A DNA stretch of 64,000 bases, from contig NC_134028.1 in NCBI RefSeq assembly GCF_964204645.1, positions 6,758,001-6,822,000 on the forward strand, written 5' to 3'. This stretch comes from Tubulanus polymorphus (Eukaryota; Animalia; Nemertea). Made by a program: the position numbers and the translations under genes. Below the pieces are notes generated by a model. It was not told the DNA's origin. It did not search any database and saw nothing but the letters and a program-made list of their open reading frames with translations. Shown here piece by piece: positions 1-12,780 of the stretch (position 1 is the first letter of the stretch; each line of letters opens with the position of its first letter).

Positions 1-27
1 AATGTGTTTTTGGTACAATTATTATAG

Positions 28-3000
28 GTACAATTTGATGAATGGCAAGACTCAAAAGTTTGTTCCATCTCGATCAACGATGATCTGGTTTTTGAGGGTC
101 GAGAGAGGTTTTACGTCGAACTGGTCAATCCCGTCAACACTTTGATTACGCATCCGGCTAGAGCTGAAATTATGATTCTAGACGCAGAGGATGGTATGAG
201 ATCCTGAAGCAAAGTCATTGAGCTGTAGTTAGATACATTTTGTGAATGAAATATTTGAATCAGGTTTTCCATTTTCACTTCAGAACCGTTGTTAGAATTT
301 GGAGAAACGCTTTATCAAGTGAACGAAACTGATAGTTACGTAAATGTAGTCATTAAACGCACAGGTATTTAATGTTCTGTTCATTATTCTAAATCACGAA
401 AAAGAGAAATTCTTCATTCATTTCTTCATATACCGGCATATTCACACAATGAAGTGGCAAAACATAGTGTTGGAAGAATTCTTTTCGACTTGACCATAGG
501 TGTATACGTCTGTGACTAGACTAACCAAGACTTGCTACAATCTTGATTTGGTCGCCCTTTGGACGCAACTACACCGGGAAGCAACTCAATATTGAACAAC
601 TAGAAAAGATTTTGTCTAGCGATTTATCTATTTCTAGATATGCAACTGAGCAGATTTCGCAATTTCAAGTGACTGTTATTGAGTTAAAGTTGCTAGTTAC
701 CGCAACTAGTCTTCAGAAACTGTTGCATCAATCCGAGCACTTAAATGTCTCCATTGAGAGCTGAGCTTATTTTCCAATGAATCCGGTTAATTCCAGTATC
801 GATGATATTCATCTGACACAAGCGACATGAGCTTACAGTTCACTACATACCGGTTCAATCCTCCTTACAGGTGATTTGTCCTCGGTCGTCTCGGTTATCT
901 GTTCAACAATCTCCGGAACGGCCACTGGCAGCGGAGCGACTCTCAATTCTGGATCTGACTTCGTATCTCGTCGTAAAACTGATCAGAACAGAGTCGTAAT
1001 TACTGCTGGAGAATCGCAAGCTACCTGTGATATAAGGGTAAGTAGAAAACAAAAACATGCTTTTTTTACAAATAAGATGAACATAAGAGATGAAATTACT
1101 TAGAATATCAAAGTCAGAGTTGTAACTGCTATGAAACTTTTTTAGATAATTGATGACAGTATCTATGAAGACAGCGAACGATTTGAGTTAGAATTATCCG
1201 ATCCGAGTTATAAGTCGCAGATCGGTAGAAAAACTCGCGCCTATGTCATAATCAATGGACCTAGTGATGGTGAGTGCTTTTCTCCATTTCTTGTTTTTTT
1301 TAATAACCTTTTAAAACCCTTTCAGCGTGTCTACAACACAGTGCGATGTATAAATCGGTGAAGAACTTTGGTAGTAATCCGCATCGCGGTATATTGATGT
1401 TACTAGTAATTAGTGAATTTTTTCTATTAAAATTGGTTATCGTACTATTATCTCCATCTCTCTTGGGGTAACAATTAATCAACACTGAAAGAGTCAAACA
1501 ACAACTCTGCCCCGATTAGAGTACGGTAATTGTTGAGGATGAGGAGAGAATCCCACAATGATAATAAAAAGTCCGAAAATGAAACTTCGAGATAGTAGTT
1601 TATTCAACGTTTCGACTATATCCTAATAGTCATCTTCAGGAATGAAGGAATTCCTGAAGATGACTATTAGGATATAGTCGAAACGTTGAATAAACTACTA
1701 TCTCGAAGTTTCATTTTCGGACTTTTTATTATCATTGTGGGATTCTCTCCTCATCGCGTCAACACGGATATTGTGTTTTACCTATCGTGATTACGGTAAT
1801 TGTTATTTCAGAACCCACTGTTTCATTCTCGAAGATGTCATACGAATTCAATGAGGGCAGCGGAAAAGTGAAAATTCCTGTTATTCGCAGCGGTGCCGAT
1901 TTATCTCAGAATTCTACTGTATGGTGCGCTACACGATTATCTCAACCTCCATCTGCCATGGCGGGTGAGGATTACATCCCCCAAACGCAAGAGCTTATCT
2001 TCTCTCCGGGACAATGGAAACAAGTTAGTTTGGATATCTATAGATCAAGGAGTCAGTTGCATAGGGCTAAAATGATATGATACCTCGTTTCTCCTAATCG
2101 GCCAGGTCATTTCGTGAACAGCAATAAAATTTTGTAATCAGTTCATTTCTATAACTACCGGGTCTGTTATGGTTAGTTTGATCATGATTTTAAAAAAAAT
2201 TAATTCACGGGGTAGATAGGCAACCGGCCGGATGAACTTTTAAGCAAAGCAGAAATGAGAAACAAGGTATCAATTCATTTTAGCCTAAATGATGGTAATT
2301 TATATTTCATCTAGTATTTGAATTTAGATTTGCGAGTTGGTGATTTTAGACGACGAAACCGATCCTCGTTTAGAAAATGTGGAGACATTCTCGGCATTCT
2401 TGTCCGTGCCCGTGTCGGCTACGCTTGGATCTCCTTCAACTGCAATAATTCAGATATCTGATACACAATTTGACGGTAAATATGAATTTTCACCTAAACG
2501 TGTCTCTAATAAAGATCCCTCTCATCGAAGAACAAATGATCAAAATATGTGAGAATATACAGAAACAAGAAAATTAACTTTAATAAATTATTTGACGCCT
2601 GCGAAAAAATGAAGAATTTCTGGGATAAGCTAATGTGGAATTGCAAATTTGAAATCGAAGTTTTAAGAAATTTGGGGAATTATGAGATTTGGCGATGATA
2701 CAGTCTTCGACTGGTCTAATTAAAAAAAGATTGTCAACTTGTGACCGACTTCGATTCACTTTTGCTCTAAGCTGGTCTGCAACTTCATTGCCTCCATGGT
2801 TGAAGAAAGAGCTCTTCTGATGTCTGCTTCATCATGACTTCGAGCATATCGTGTAGCCAGCCGGCCCGGTCCCGGGGCCCGGTTTGGCTGTCACTCGATA
2901 TCCTAGACTTGAGTCTGGGTTGACATCGTCATTTAAATAACTTATTCATGTTATTATTCTGTATGAATTACCCATGTGTCTTGTATTTTGTATTTTCTTA

Positions 3001-6000
3001 TTCTAAAATTTGTAACTTTATTGAATTTGGGAATTTCATCCCGGAATTTCAATGTAATAAGGATCAATAAAGTATTGAATTGAATTGTCACCTTATACAC
3101 ATGCCATCAGTGGACGCGGAGCCGTATATGACAGCTATGCTATTATAGATTGCTAATCTCATGAAACCTGCATACCCCTAATATCGAAAATATTTTCTTA
3201 AACATTTGAATATTGAAATTATTTGTTTACACGTTTTTATATAGACCGCTTGTAGCCGCCGATGAAATTCACGCCGGCCCTACTCAGATCGTAGATAGCT
3301 TCGTCATTCCACTAGCATCCCCATGTCAGGGTCTGACTTTTATATCAGACTTCCAAATCGTGTATACATCCGCCATTTAACCGAATAATCCGATTTACTT
3401 ATCATTTCTATTTATGCCTGCCGCTCCTGATATAATCATACATCCTTTACTATTACAATACCTCTTATCATGATATTCAATGCAATATAACATTTCGACG
3501 TTCAAATAGAGGTCATTATATAATCACAGGGAGCCATTCTACATCTTTATCAATAATATTTTGCCAAATAGCTTGTATGTGTACACATAAACCTGTGACG
3601 TTTTGCACATCGATTTACGGTTGTCGTTTGTAAAATGACGCTGAATGGTTAACATTGTTTAAGTTTCATAATGGTAACGTTTTATAAGGCGTCAAAAAAT
3701 TTGTATATAGAAATTTGCTATTTCAATGGTTGAGAAGGATTGATTTTTGCCGTCTTCTAAAGAATGCAGGGTGGCCACTTACTTGGAAATTAGGGAAAAG
3801 TCAAGGAAATTTCTTTTCTTTAAAAACGTCAGAGAATAGTCAGGGAATTTTGTAGAAAAGCTAACAATCGGGAATTGTCAGGGTAATTTGTTGAGATTGC
3901 TTTATCAAGCGTGTTTATGTCTTACATATTTGACTGTGTAAATTGATGGGATTCTTAGCAGATCAGGTCAGGGAAAACAATGTATATGCCAGGGTAAAAG
4001 CAAGTCAAATGAAAGTGGCTACTCTGGAATGCCTTTAGCCGTAAATCTTAATGCATCTTTGAAATATCAATGCTGTCTAATCTGTCTTATGAATCGTACC
4101 TGGTGTTATACTTGGAATATTTCAGTGCCGACGATGGAATTTGAAAATGATTACTACGTCGTGTCCGAGTCTGATAAACGAATCGAGATAGCGGTAACCC
4201 GACGTGGTGACCTGTCTCACAAATCTTCAGTCATATGTTACACGCGCCAGAATACGGCGCACGTAATGATGGATTTCGACGAGAGAATAAAACTGAATTC
4301 GTCGAAAATCATTTTCGAGCCGGGACAGAAGGTAAATAATACAAATTGAGAGAGAGCCCTTATCTCATATCTTAACTTTGCAAAACTAGACCCTGAAAAT
4401 TTTTAGGTTGAATAACTAAACAGCATCAACGAAATTTAGAGCTCCCTAGACTGGTATGACTAGTCTAATACCTTAGCCGGGACTGAAACTGGCCCCAGGG
4501 GCTGATTCCATGGTCATGTCTTAGACAAGACTGGTCCAAGCTCATAGTTCAACAACCGATCTTACAAATGAAGACTATGGAACCAGCCATAGAATATTAG
4601 TTAAGAATAGTATTGTATTTGAGGATGTGTAGCAGCAATGATGATATCTCATCTTCTATGATGTTTGTGGACGAGTTAAAAGTAAAGGCTGGGATTTTAG
4701 GAAAGAGTATTTAAAATTTATCTTGTCTTCATTAATGCATGTACACCCGAATAATGTTATTTAAGGTGAAACATTGTGAAGTCGGCATAGTAGATGATAC
4801 ACAATATGAGCCGGCAGAATCGTTCACCGTTAAACTAATCGAACCCCGAGGACCTGATGAACAGCCAAATGCGAAACTAGGGGTCAATGTCATGGCAACC
4901 GTTACGATTACGAATGATGAAGATGGTATTTGAACGATTTTTAGTTGATTTCTATTTTACATGTGCAAAACAAATTCGATAATGTCATCGTCCCAGGCTT
5001 GGATTCAAAGCTTCCTAATGCCACCAGTTGTAAAGCTTTTAGAAAATAAGCGCACCTAATCAGATTTCCTGTTATATATTGCTTTGTTATAGAAATCTTT
5101 GCATAGACAGGCAATTTCTGATGATATGATTGTAGCTGTACCCCGGCAGTCTTGTCATATCAGGTGTGAATCCTTGCAAAGGAGGATAGTATTTATGGGA
5201 GTCATTTTCATTTGATGCATTTGATCACGATTTTTCAGCTCCGAGAATAAGTTTTGCCAAGTCCGTGTACACAATTCAAGAGCCTTCGTCGACCGATATA
5301 AGAGCCAGCGTAGATATTCTCATCAAAAGAAATGGAGATCTGAGTAAACTGTCGTCAGTAAGATGCAGTACACGTGATGGTTCAGCAGTTTCAGGGATTG
5401 ATTACCAACCAAGGAGCCTTATTTTGAAATTTGAACCAGGTACATTTTACACGCATACTTATGTACATATGTATATCTACAGTACTGTATCGGGACCACT
5501 GTCCCCTGGGCCCAGTTTCACGAAGTATAAAAACGGTTAAGTTTGAATTGTTGTCCTCATCGAAGATATGAAGTAACCAATAGCAATTGCACCAAAAATT
5601 TGAGTTAAACTTGTTTGTGAAACTGGGCCCTGGACAATTGCCCCACATTTTTTCTTGAATTTTAACAATTTAGCTTAAGTAATGCATACCACCAAAAATC
5701 TAACAATTCATTCTAATGAATTAGGCAAAGCTTTCTAGTGCTGAATAGTGATATTTAGATATACAATACATGTTTGACTAATTACAAGTTCTCTTTATTT
5801 TGATGTTCTTCAGGTGTATCATCGGTAGCTTTTCCTGTGCAAATATTACACAATCCAAAAGTCGAGTGGCACGAAACATTTATGGTCGCGTTCGGGCCGG
5901 AAAAACCGGCAAATGCGATTTTAGGAGATATCGCCATGGCGACGGTGACGATTATCGACCAAGACGTATCGGCCAGTCTGATACTACCAGCTCCACCTGT

Positions 6001-9000
6001 TGTAAGTTTCCTGCGATACAGCAGTCAAATCTACCGGAATTCTTTTTCTAAGTTTACTAAGGACCTGTGTGTATCTGAACTGTATCGGAAATAATGTAAA
6101 CTGTATTGTTGCAATGGTAATAGGTTGTTTCATTGATCGATTATGAAGATGTTGAATCAGCTCTTGATAAGCAGCCTTCGCCGACATATCCGCTTATTTG
6201 TGTTTCGGTAAGTTCAAAATGCATAAACCTATGAATCTGTCTAAATGTCAAGGACCATATTCTTCAGGTCAGAAATAGGTTTAAGTCCTCGAGTTGAAAA
6301 ATATAGTTCATTACGACAAAGGAATAGGAACTGATTCCTGGATGCAGTTTGCAGATTAACACTTAACTTGGGGATAAGAATAAGAGGAATAGTTTCAATT
6401 CTTAGCACGGCATTCTTATTGAAATTATCTTGATCTTAACTATTATACATTAGAATGATATTGTTTTGTTTAGGTACAACGTTCATTAATAGCAACACCA
6501 AAAGGATGATTGTTGACAAATGGTCAGGACAGTCATGTACATATTAACATTAAGATACACTGATATAGTAAAAAATGCTGAGAGAACATAAGAAAATAAG
6601 AGTAGATAAAATGACAAAACTGTTGAAAATAATTGAGATTGAAAAAAAAACGAGTAAAGAAAAGAAAAGAAATATTGATAACTGAATGGTCTTCTGGATA
6701 TCATTACTACAATGAAATTGTATTAATTTCAGCCATGCGATTCTCGATATCCAAATTTTGACACGACGAAACGACTTTGCGAACAATCCGGCGTCAACCA
6801 ATCATTGATCAAGTATGAATGGGAGGTAGCGTTACCGTTAGATACGAACGGATTACATTTACCGTTTCAATTAGTCCTGGCCGACACCGTTTTCACGAGC
6901 GTTGATCGTTCGGTTCTGGATAGTATATATTTTCGCGGCGGCTTCAGCGTGCGATGCGTCGCTCGGCCGACATCCGGCGACGGCTCGTTCGGAGTCCCGA
7001 TAAAAAGCCGTCCGGTCGTCGTCAGTCGCGAAAACGGCATCTGCCAGTCGGCGATCGTTTCCGGGCACCGATACGGCCTTCAAGGTCATTCGTTCGTCGC
7101 TACGATGAAATACGTGGAGCCGAACGACGCGATTCATCCGAACAGGATACATATCAAAATCGAGATTCCTCACCAAGACGGCATGATTCCGCTTATATCG
7201 ACGTTTCCGATTCATAATCTGCGATTGTTGCTGTCAGATTCGATCTATCAACGCCAGCATACGTGTTCGAATTTCGTTGACGTCGGAGGAGAATTTCGTG
7301 GAGACGGATTTATCGACATCGACCGGACGAATGCCGAGGACGCGACAAAACGCGGCATTTTATTCGACGAAAACATTCGAGAGGAAAAGTCGCTGAAACT
7401 TTACCGGAAACTGGATTTGAAATCGTGCACGTGGGCGTTCGAGGCTTGGTATCACATGACCGATTTGATCGACATGTGCGGAGGCTCGGTCTTGTCGGAT
7501 TTTCAAATGCGGAAACGCGGCAAAACATTTCTACGCCTTCGCGTGCCTCTATACGCGTCTTACATCTACGCGTCAGCGCCCTCTAGCTGGGCGTCTTTGG
7601 AGCATCGTACGACGATGGAGTTTTCGTTTTTCTATGATACGGTTCTGTGGCGTTCGGGACTAGAAGCCGATGGTCGACTCGGCGGACGACTGCAGGTTCT
7701 GCGAGTTGCTACGAATCCAGATGGAAACCTCATGATTGAATTCAGTACAGAGACTAGATTCAGAGGTCGGTAAATATCAACAGGTCCTGCCTTATCCTGG
7801 GCTGTACTACTTACCATTTGAATGTTGTGGGGGGGCAGACAAACCCGAAAAAAGGGCAGCTACCTAGTCAAAAATCGATATACCGATTCTTCTGATTAAC
7901 CTAACAAAAACTGGTAAGGCCTATTATAGTCCACTACAATTACATAAGTGATTCTACATAAGATTTCTATTGGATATAACAATGATATTAGCAAAAAGAT
8001 ATTTGCACTTTTCCAAAATTTCTAGGGGGCAACTGCCCAGCCCCTTGCCCCGGTTATGTACGGCTTGTACCAAATGAAATGGATGAAATGGGCTTCACTA
8101 CAAAGAAGTAGACACCATTTCTGAAAAGATGCCTTCCTAAGATATCATATTATCTAAATCAATAACTTCGAGATTTCTTCAATAATTCAAAATCATTTCG
8201 AAATAGTATAGCATCTTCGAAACAACTTCTATATTGTGTTTCTGAACTTATTCTCCATTTGTTTCAGGGCAGTTTGTTTTGAATCATCACACATTCCCCG
8301 GTTATAAAAGTCGAGTGAATCCGCCGCCTAATTTACCGGTGACTTTCGATTTGGCTTTAGTTTGGAGTCAGCCGACGTATGCTGGACCCGATCAATTATG
8401 GAGGGCAACGAGTTCGTACAGTTTGAAGGTATTCGCCGCAAGACGATTTAAAAAGATTTGATTTCGGCATCGATTCATACTTCGTTTCTGTTTCTTATAC
8501 AGGATTATTCGGGTGTTTACGAGATCCAATTGATACCGTGTTTAGTGTTACCTCAACAGCATTACACAACCGTAGATAGCGTTGATAGTCAGTGCGTCGC
8601 CAAACAACCTCAAAAGTAAGTCTTTATAGCATCTCAGAGAAATTAGCCTATCCCCTAGGAAACGATGTTCAGCACAGCCCGACTATGCCGAACAGTAGCA
8701 AATACACAAGCTGTGTGCCTCTTGCGATTGGCCACTACATGATTGACAGCGACGTGCATTGTCTGATAAAAATGAACTGCGTGCGTCCACCATTCAGTCC
8801 GATACTCCAAGTTTGCACATAATTCTAAATATCGACCATATAGTTTAGGATTCTAGGACAATTGCACTAGTCACTAATAAGTGGACTAAGTTTCCTTTGA
8901 TTTGGTAAGTGGATTATAATTACTTGAGGATGGATTTTGAAGGTTCTGATCTGCTAAAGTAACACTAAAACTAATTCAGATAAATTCATTGATATATGTA

Positions 9001-11622
9001 TTTAGGTGGTGTTAATCCAGATTTAAAAGCATTTACTTTGGGCGGGGGGGGGGGGGGAATTGTTCTAATAGGGTCTAGTTTAGTATAGATTAAGCGTTTG
9101 TTTCCAAAAGATCATCTGGTGTTCGGATTAATTTAGCACTGCAGGTTGTTTCGGCACCCATTTATGAAGCATTTTTATAGCATTTTGTAGGCTATCGATA
9201 GTGACAACAAACTATCATATGAATTATGTCAAAAATGTTTATTTTCATTCAGATTTACAGTGCCAATATCCTATCAACAAACTTTACAACCAGTTCCTCT
9301 AGTCTATTCACTGAACACACTGTTCCAAGTGCTCAACAGTGAAAGGTTTTTTCTGCAAGATCCGAGGACCCTGAAAGGAATTGGCTTGGAAGAGTTAGAC
9401 TACAGGGGCCAGTTTTCACCAGGTTAGTACAATATATTCATCCTTGGTATAGTTGAGGCAATGGATTGACAGTTTTTTGGTCCATTTTCTTTGATTTGCA
9501 TAGAAGCATTTGCAACTCGTGACGAGCTACAATTTTGCAATTGATTTGATTACAGAATATGCCAAATACAATATGAAAATACCATAGAAATATGACGCAA
9601 TAAATCTATGAAAATACTTAGTGATTCGGCTGTTGAACACCAACCGCCCTCCCTCCCCCGTCACAAGCTACAAATTTTCCAATACACTGGTTACAAAGTA
9701 TGCCTGTGAACCAATACAATGTTTACGATTACGATTACGATTTATTTACACTCCAACCATTTCCATGGTATATGGAGGAAAACTATTACACATGTATATA
9801 CAAATATTTACAAAACAACACTGAAGTGATTAAAATTTAGAGAATGAAAACGTAACAAAATATATATACATCAACTATTTACAATACTATATATACTATT
9901 GGAGGGATCTATATACATCTAAGCCGGTCTTAATGAATTTAGCTAAGTTGACCGTTGGGTTTTTCAGAATATCAAGGGTATTAAAGGTATTCAAATTCAA
10001 AAAGTTTTTGCGTTGTTTGTTAAGTAAGGTACAGTCAAACAGAAAATGGGATTCTTTGGTCCATTTTCTTTGATTTGCATAGAAGCATTTGCAACTCGTG
10101 ACTTTCTCTAATTGAAAAGCTACAGATCATTACTGTGAAGTCTCTCTGCATCTTCTGTAATATATCTCAACTTGATAATTTTCAGGCGAAACAGTGTACG
10201 GCCGCGTACTATGGGATCCGCAGCAAGATCTGAATTCTGCCTATAGATTGACTATAGAAAAAGTTTTTCTATGCACCGGTGGGTAGCGGAATATCGATTC
10301 AGAACTTATCAATGTTTGCTCTCAATAAAAGATGTATGTGCTGGTATTTCAATTTTAGGTCGGGAAGGCTACACTCCGATTTATGACCCAACCGGTGAAA
10401 TGTTTGGTCAGGGGGCACAATACGGCTGCATTCAACCAACATCCAAACTCAGACATCGCTTTCTTATCTTGGTAATTACTAATAGTCATAATTTATAAGT
10501 TTAGATACCTTATATGGGGATAATTGATCCAAGCTATTTTTGAGTAATGCATTCAGAGACACAGCAACCCAGGGGAATAGACAAAACTAGCAACAAGGCA
10601 GCCGTATATATGGAACAAATATGTTTCCCCGGCCAATAGTACAAAATTTGTTTTAGAATGAAAGTCATTCAAAGTTTTTTCATTTTTTTTGTTGTAGGAT
10701 AGAGGAAGCCCGCACGTCATCGACGAGGTGTTTAACAATGTTCCGTTTAAGGCTAAATTCGGAGGAAATGTTGAAAAGTTACGATCCATTGAAGCGGTTC
10801 CAGGGATGGATGGATTTGTATTCAGTATTGATCCGTTATATAAAGTAATTATCGGTCATTGTTGAATATTTTAACAGAACGATTTCTAAGAATTTATTTT
10901 TTTCCGTGGTCCAAATCAATACAGATCAAAGTTATTCATCCATGTACATTCATTCATCTTAAAAAAGAAACACTAAGAAACTATATTTTACATGCTAAGA
11001 AACATTTTATCTGGTTTTCATCCCCGAATTCATTTTTTGTGGCAAAATTTAGATTACCGGTACATTTAGTTAGATTTCATCGAGACCATCTTATACATCT
11101 TAATTACCAGAATTTACTGTTTACTAAATGCAGGCAAGTTCGGGACAGCGATGGCATCTTCAAGTCATCTATCTTATCACTTCTGCTGATAAACTCACGC
11201 GATACAAACGAGATACCGCCATCATACCAACAACGGAGATTAAAAACTCAACGAGACTGAAAAGTCGCGAGTCGACTGAAATTTTGGAAGAGATCGATTC
11301 GTCAATTCCGTATATTACTAGCAGCCCGAACCGTAAAGGGACAAATATGAAAGTATTGAATCTCAGACAATCTCAAAATAAACACCGCGATGAAAAAAAT
11401 CGCGAAACGTTTTCGTCAACAATCGTTATACCTCAACGGATTTTATTACCGTTAGCAATTTGTGCTTGTTTGATATTGTTGATTTTAGCGGTTTGCACCG
11501 CCGTGATTTTTGTCGCGCGAAATAGGACTAATTCTGATCGTCGACGAACTTTGCCGGTTGTCGGAACAGCAGCAGCAGCAGATGATGATGAACCGGTAGA
11601 AGATGGAAATCCGTTGTCATGA
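28..11622 (+). CDS. FRAS1: FRAS1-like extracellular matrix protein, 3' portion (Calx-beta repeats, C-terminal domain, TM helix, short tail); 5' end lies outside the window
   Basis: GT-AG exons in consistent phase: 28-193, 284-364, 871-1037, 1146-1269, 1812-2023, 2327-2475, 4126-4331, 4766-4925, 5239-5439, 5814-6001, 6124-6207, 6733-7765, 8268-8428, 8503-8615, 9253-9422, 10186-10278, 10359-10471, 10698-10844, 11134-11622. Calx-beta motifs (SSVICYTRQNTA, IIDDSIYEDSERF, AVSGIDY). Motifs HPNRIHIKIEIPHQDGMIPLIST, WASLEHRTTMEFSFFYDTVLWR, YGRVLWDP and YGCIQP closely match vertebrate FRAS1 as recalled. Hydrophobic TM segment ILLPLAICACLILLILAVCTAVIFVA. Confidence 0.93.
1535..1791. mobile_element. Penelope-like element remnant: perfect 106-bp inverted repeat with a hammerhead-ribozyme-like core, in a FRAS1 intron
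   Basis: Arms 1538-1643 and 1650-1755 are reverse complements around a 6-nt loop. Flanked by 13-bp direct repeat TACGGTAATTGTT (1522-1534, 1792-1804). Contains CTGAAGA-T-GACTAT-taggat-ATAGTC-GAAACGTT. Confidence 0.75.
3767..4026. mobile_element. Short non-autonomous TIR element (MITE)
   Basis: Termini CAGGGTGGCCACTT ... AAGTGGCTACTCTG with GAATG on both flanks. A related copy (AGGGTGGCCACTTT...AGTGGCCACCC) lies at ~36071-36276. Confidence 0.55.
5509..5629. mobile_element. PIF/Harbinger-like MITE
   Basis: TIRs GGCCCAGTTTCAC / GTGAAACTGGGCC with 3-bp TSD CTG. Confidence 0.6.
9524..10054. repeat. First copy of the thrice-present ~550-bp junction segment (repeat-element end plus LINE 3' end)
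   Basis: Near-identical to 21231-21798 and 31513-32080, which carry an extra 37-bp internal duplication. Flanked by a 48-bp direct repeat (9476-9523, 10055-10102). Confidence 0.9.
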
Positions 11623-12490
11623 CAATGGTGAAAAACCCGCTTTTCGAGATAAAGTTACGTTGGAAACTATGGAATTTTATGAATGATTTATGATGTCAGT
11701 GAATTAGATTTTTTTAGGTACTGAATGGGTATGTATTTATCTCCGCTTGAACTTGATACCGACCTTGGAGTAATCAGTCTCCAAGTTGACCAACTGTAGT
11801 AAACCACTCAATTTGTTCATTTGATACCTTCTATTTCGCCGACAATCAACTCCTTGGTCAACTTGTTGAAATAATTACAGTTCCAGCACTACCGAATAAA
11901 CCAGCTATATATGTAAAGTTGTAATGTTTTATCAGTTATCCAAATTCATTTATCAGTTGACCAAATGAATGCCTGTATAAGATTTTGCGGTATGAGTGTG
12001 TAATTGATTTAGCCCCCAAAATCTGATTGCTCTATTGCTTTACGGGTGGTTTCAAACCATATGAGAACAATTTGTCTGGTTGTAACAAAAGATGTAACGT
12101 CGTTAAGCAATTAATATATTTTTTGCAAAGCTTCAAATTTGTTTCTTCATAAAACGAGATGTTTGGTATGTTATTTGTGTATGTCTATGTTTATGTGCTG
12201 CCAGTTTCGCTGTGACGATTAAAATTGTCATTTTATTGTAGAGAATGTTTATGTATAAAGTATTGCATGTACAAACGGTCAGTATTATTAAAGAATTATT
12301 ATCAGGGAATTGATTTGATTATCTTTCGTTTTTCCTATACGCTCTGGGAGTCATGTTTGCGCACTTCTCGACTTACGCATGCTGTTGGTTTTGGAGTAAA
12401 AGCGTCTGTCTTCATTAGGTGATGAATGATTGGCGGAAAAGCCAACCATTTTACAAGATAAATTTATCGGGTTTTTTTGGTTAAACGCAG

Positions 12491-12760
12491 GCACATTCGG
12501 GATAGCGATGTCATCTTCACGTCGTCTATCAGATCAGTTCAGCCGATAAACCCACGCGATACGAACGATATATCGCCATCAGTTCTAACGATAAATCGAT
12601 CAAAATAACAACATAACAACAGAGATTTTAAAAAAAATCAACTACACTGAAAAGTGGCAAGTCACCTGAAATTTTGAACAGATTTCTTAATCGAATTCTA
12701 TTACCGTTAGCACTTCTTTGATATTGTTGATTTTGGTGGTTTGCCCCGAAGCGATTTTTG
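12491..12760 (+). pseudogene. Degenerate older copy of the FRAS1 terminal exon
   Basis: cgcag|GCACATTCGGGATAGCGATGTCATCTTCAC... aligns with tgcag|GCAAGTTCGGGACAGCGATGGCATCTTCAA (11134). Stop at codon 5 and internal deletions. Second copy at ~24188-24457. Confidence 0.8.
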
Positions 12761-12780
12761 TTTTATTTTTTCAAACACTA

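Noticed and set aside
6871-7528. Alternative-frame and antisense ORFs over the large FRAS1 exon
   Set aside because: By-products of a GC-rich coding exon with no independent motifs.
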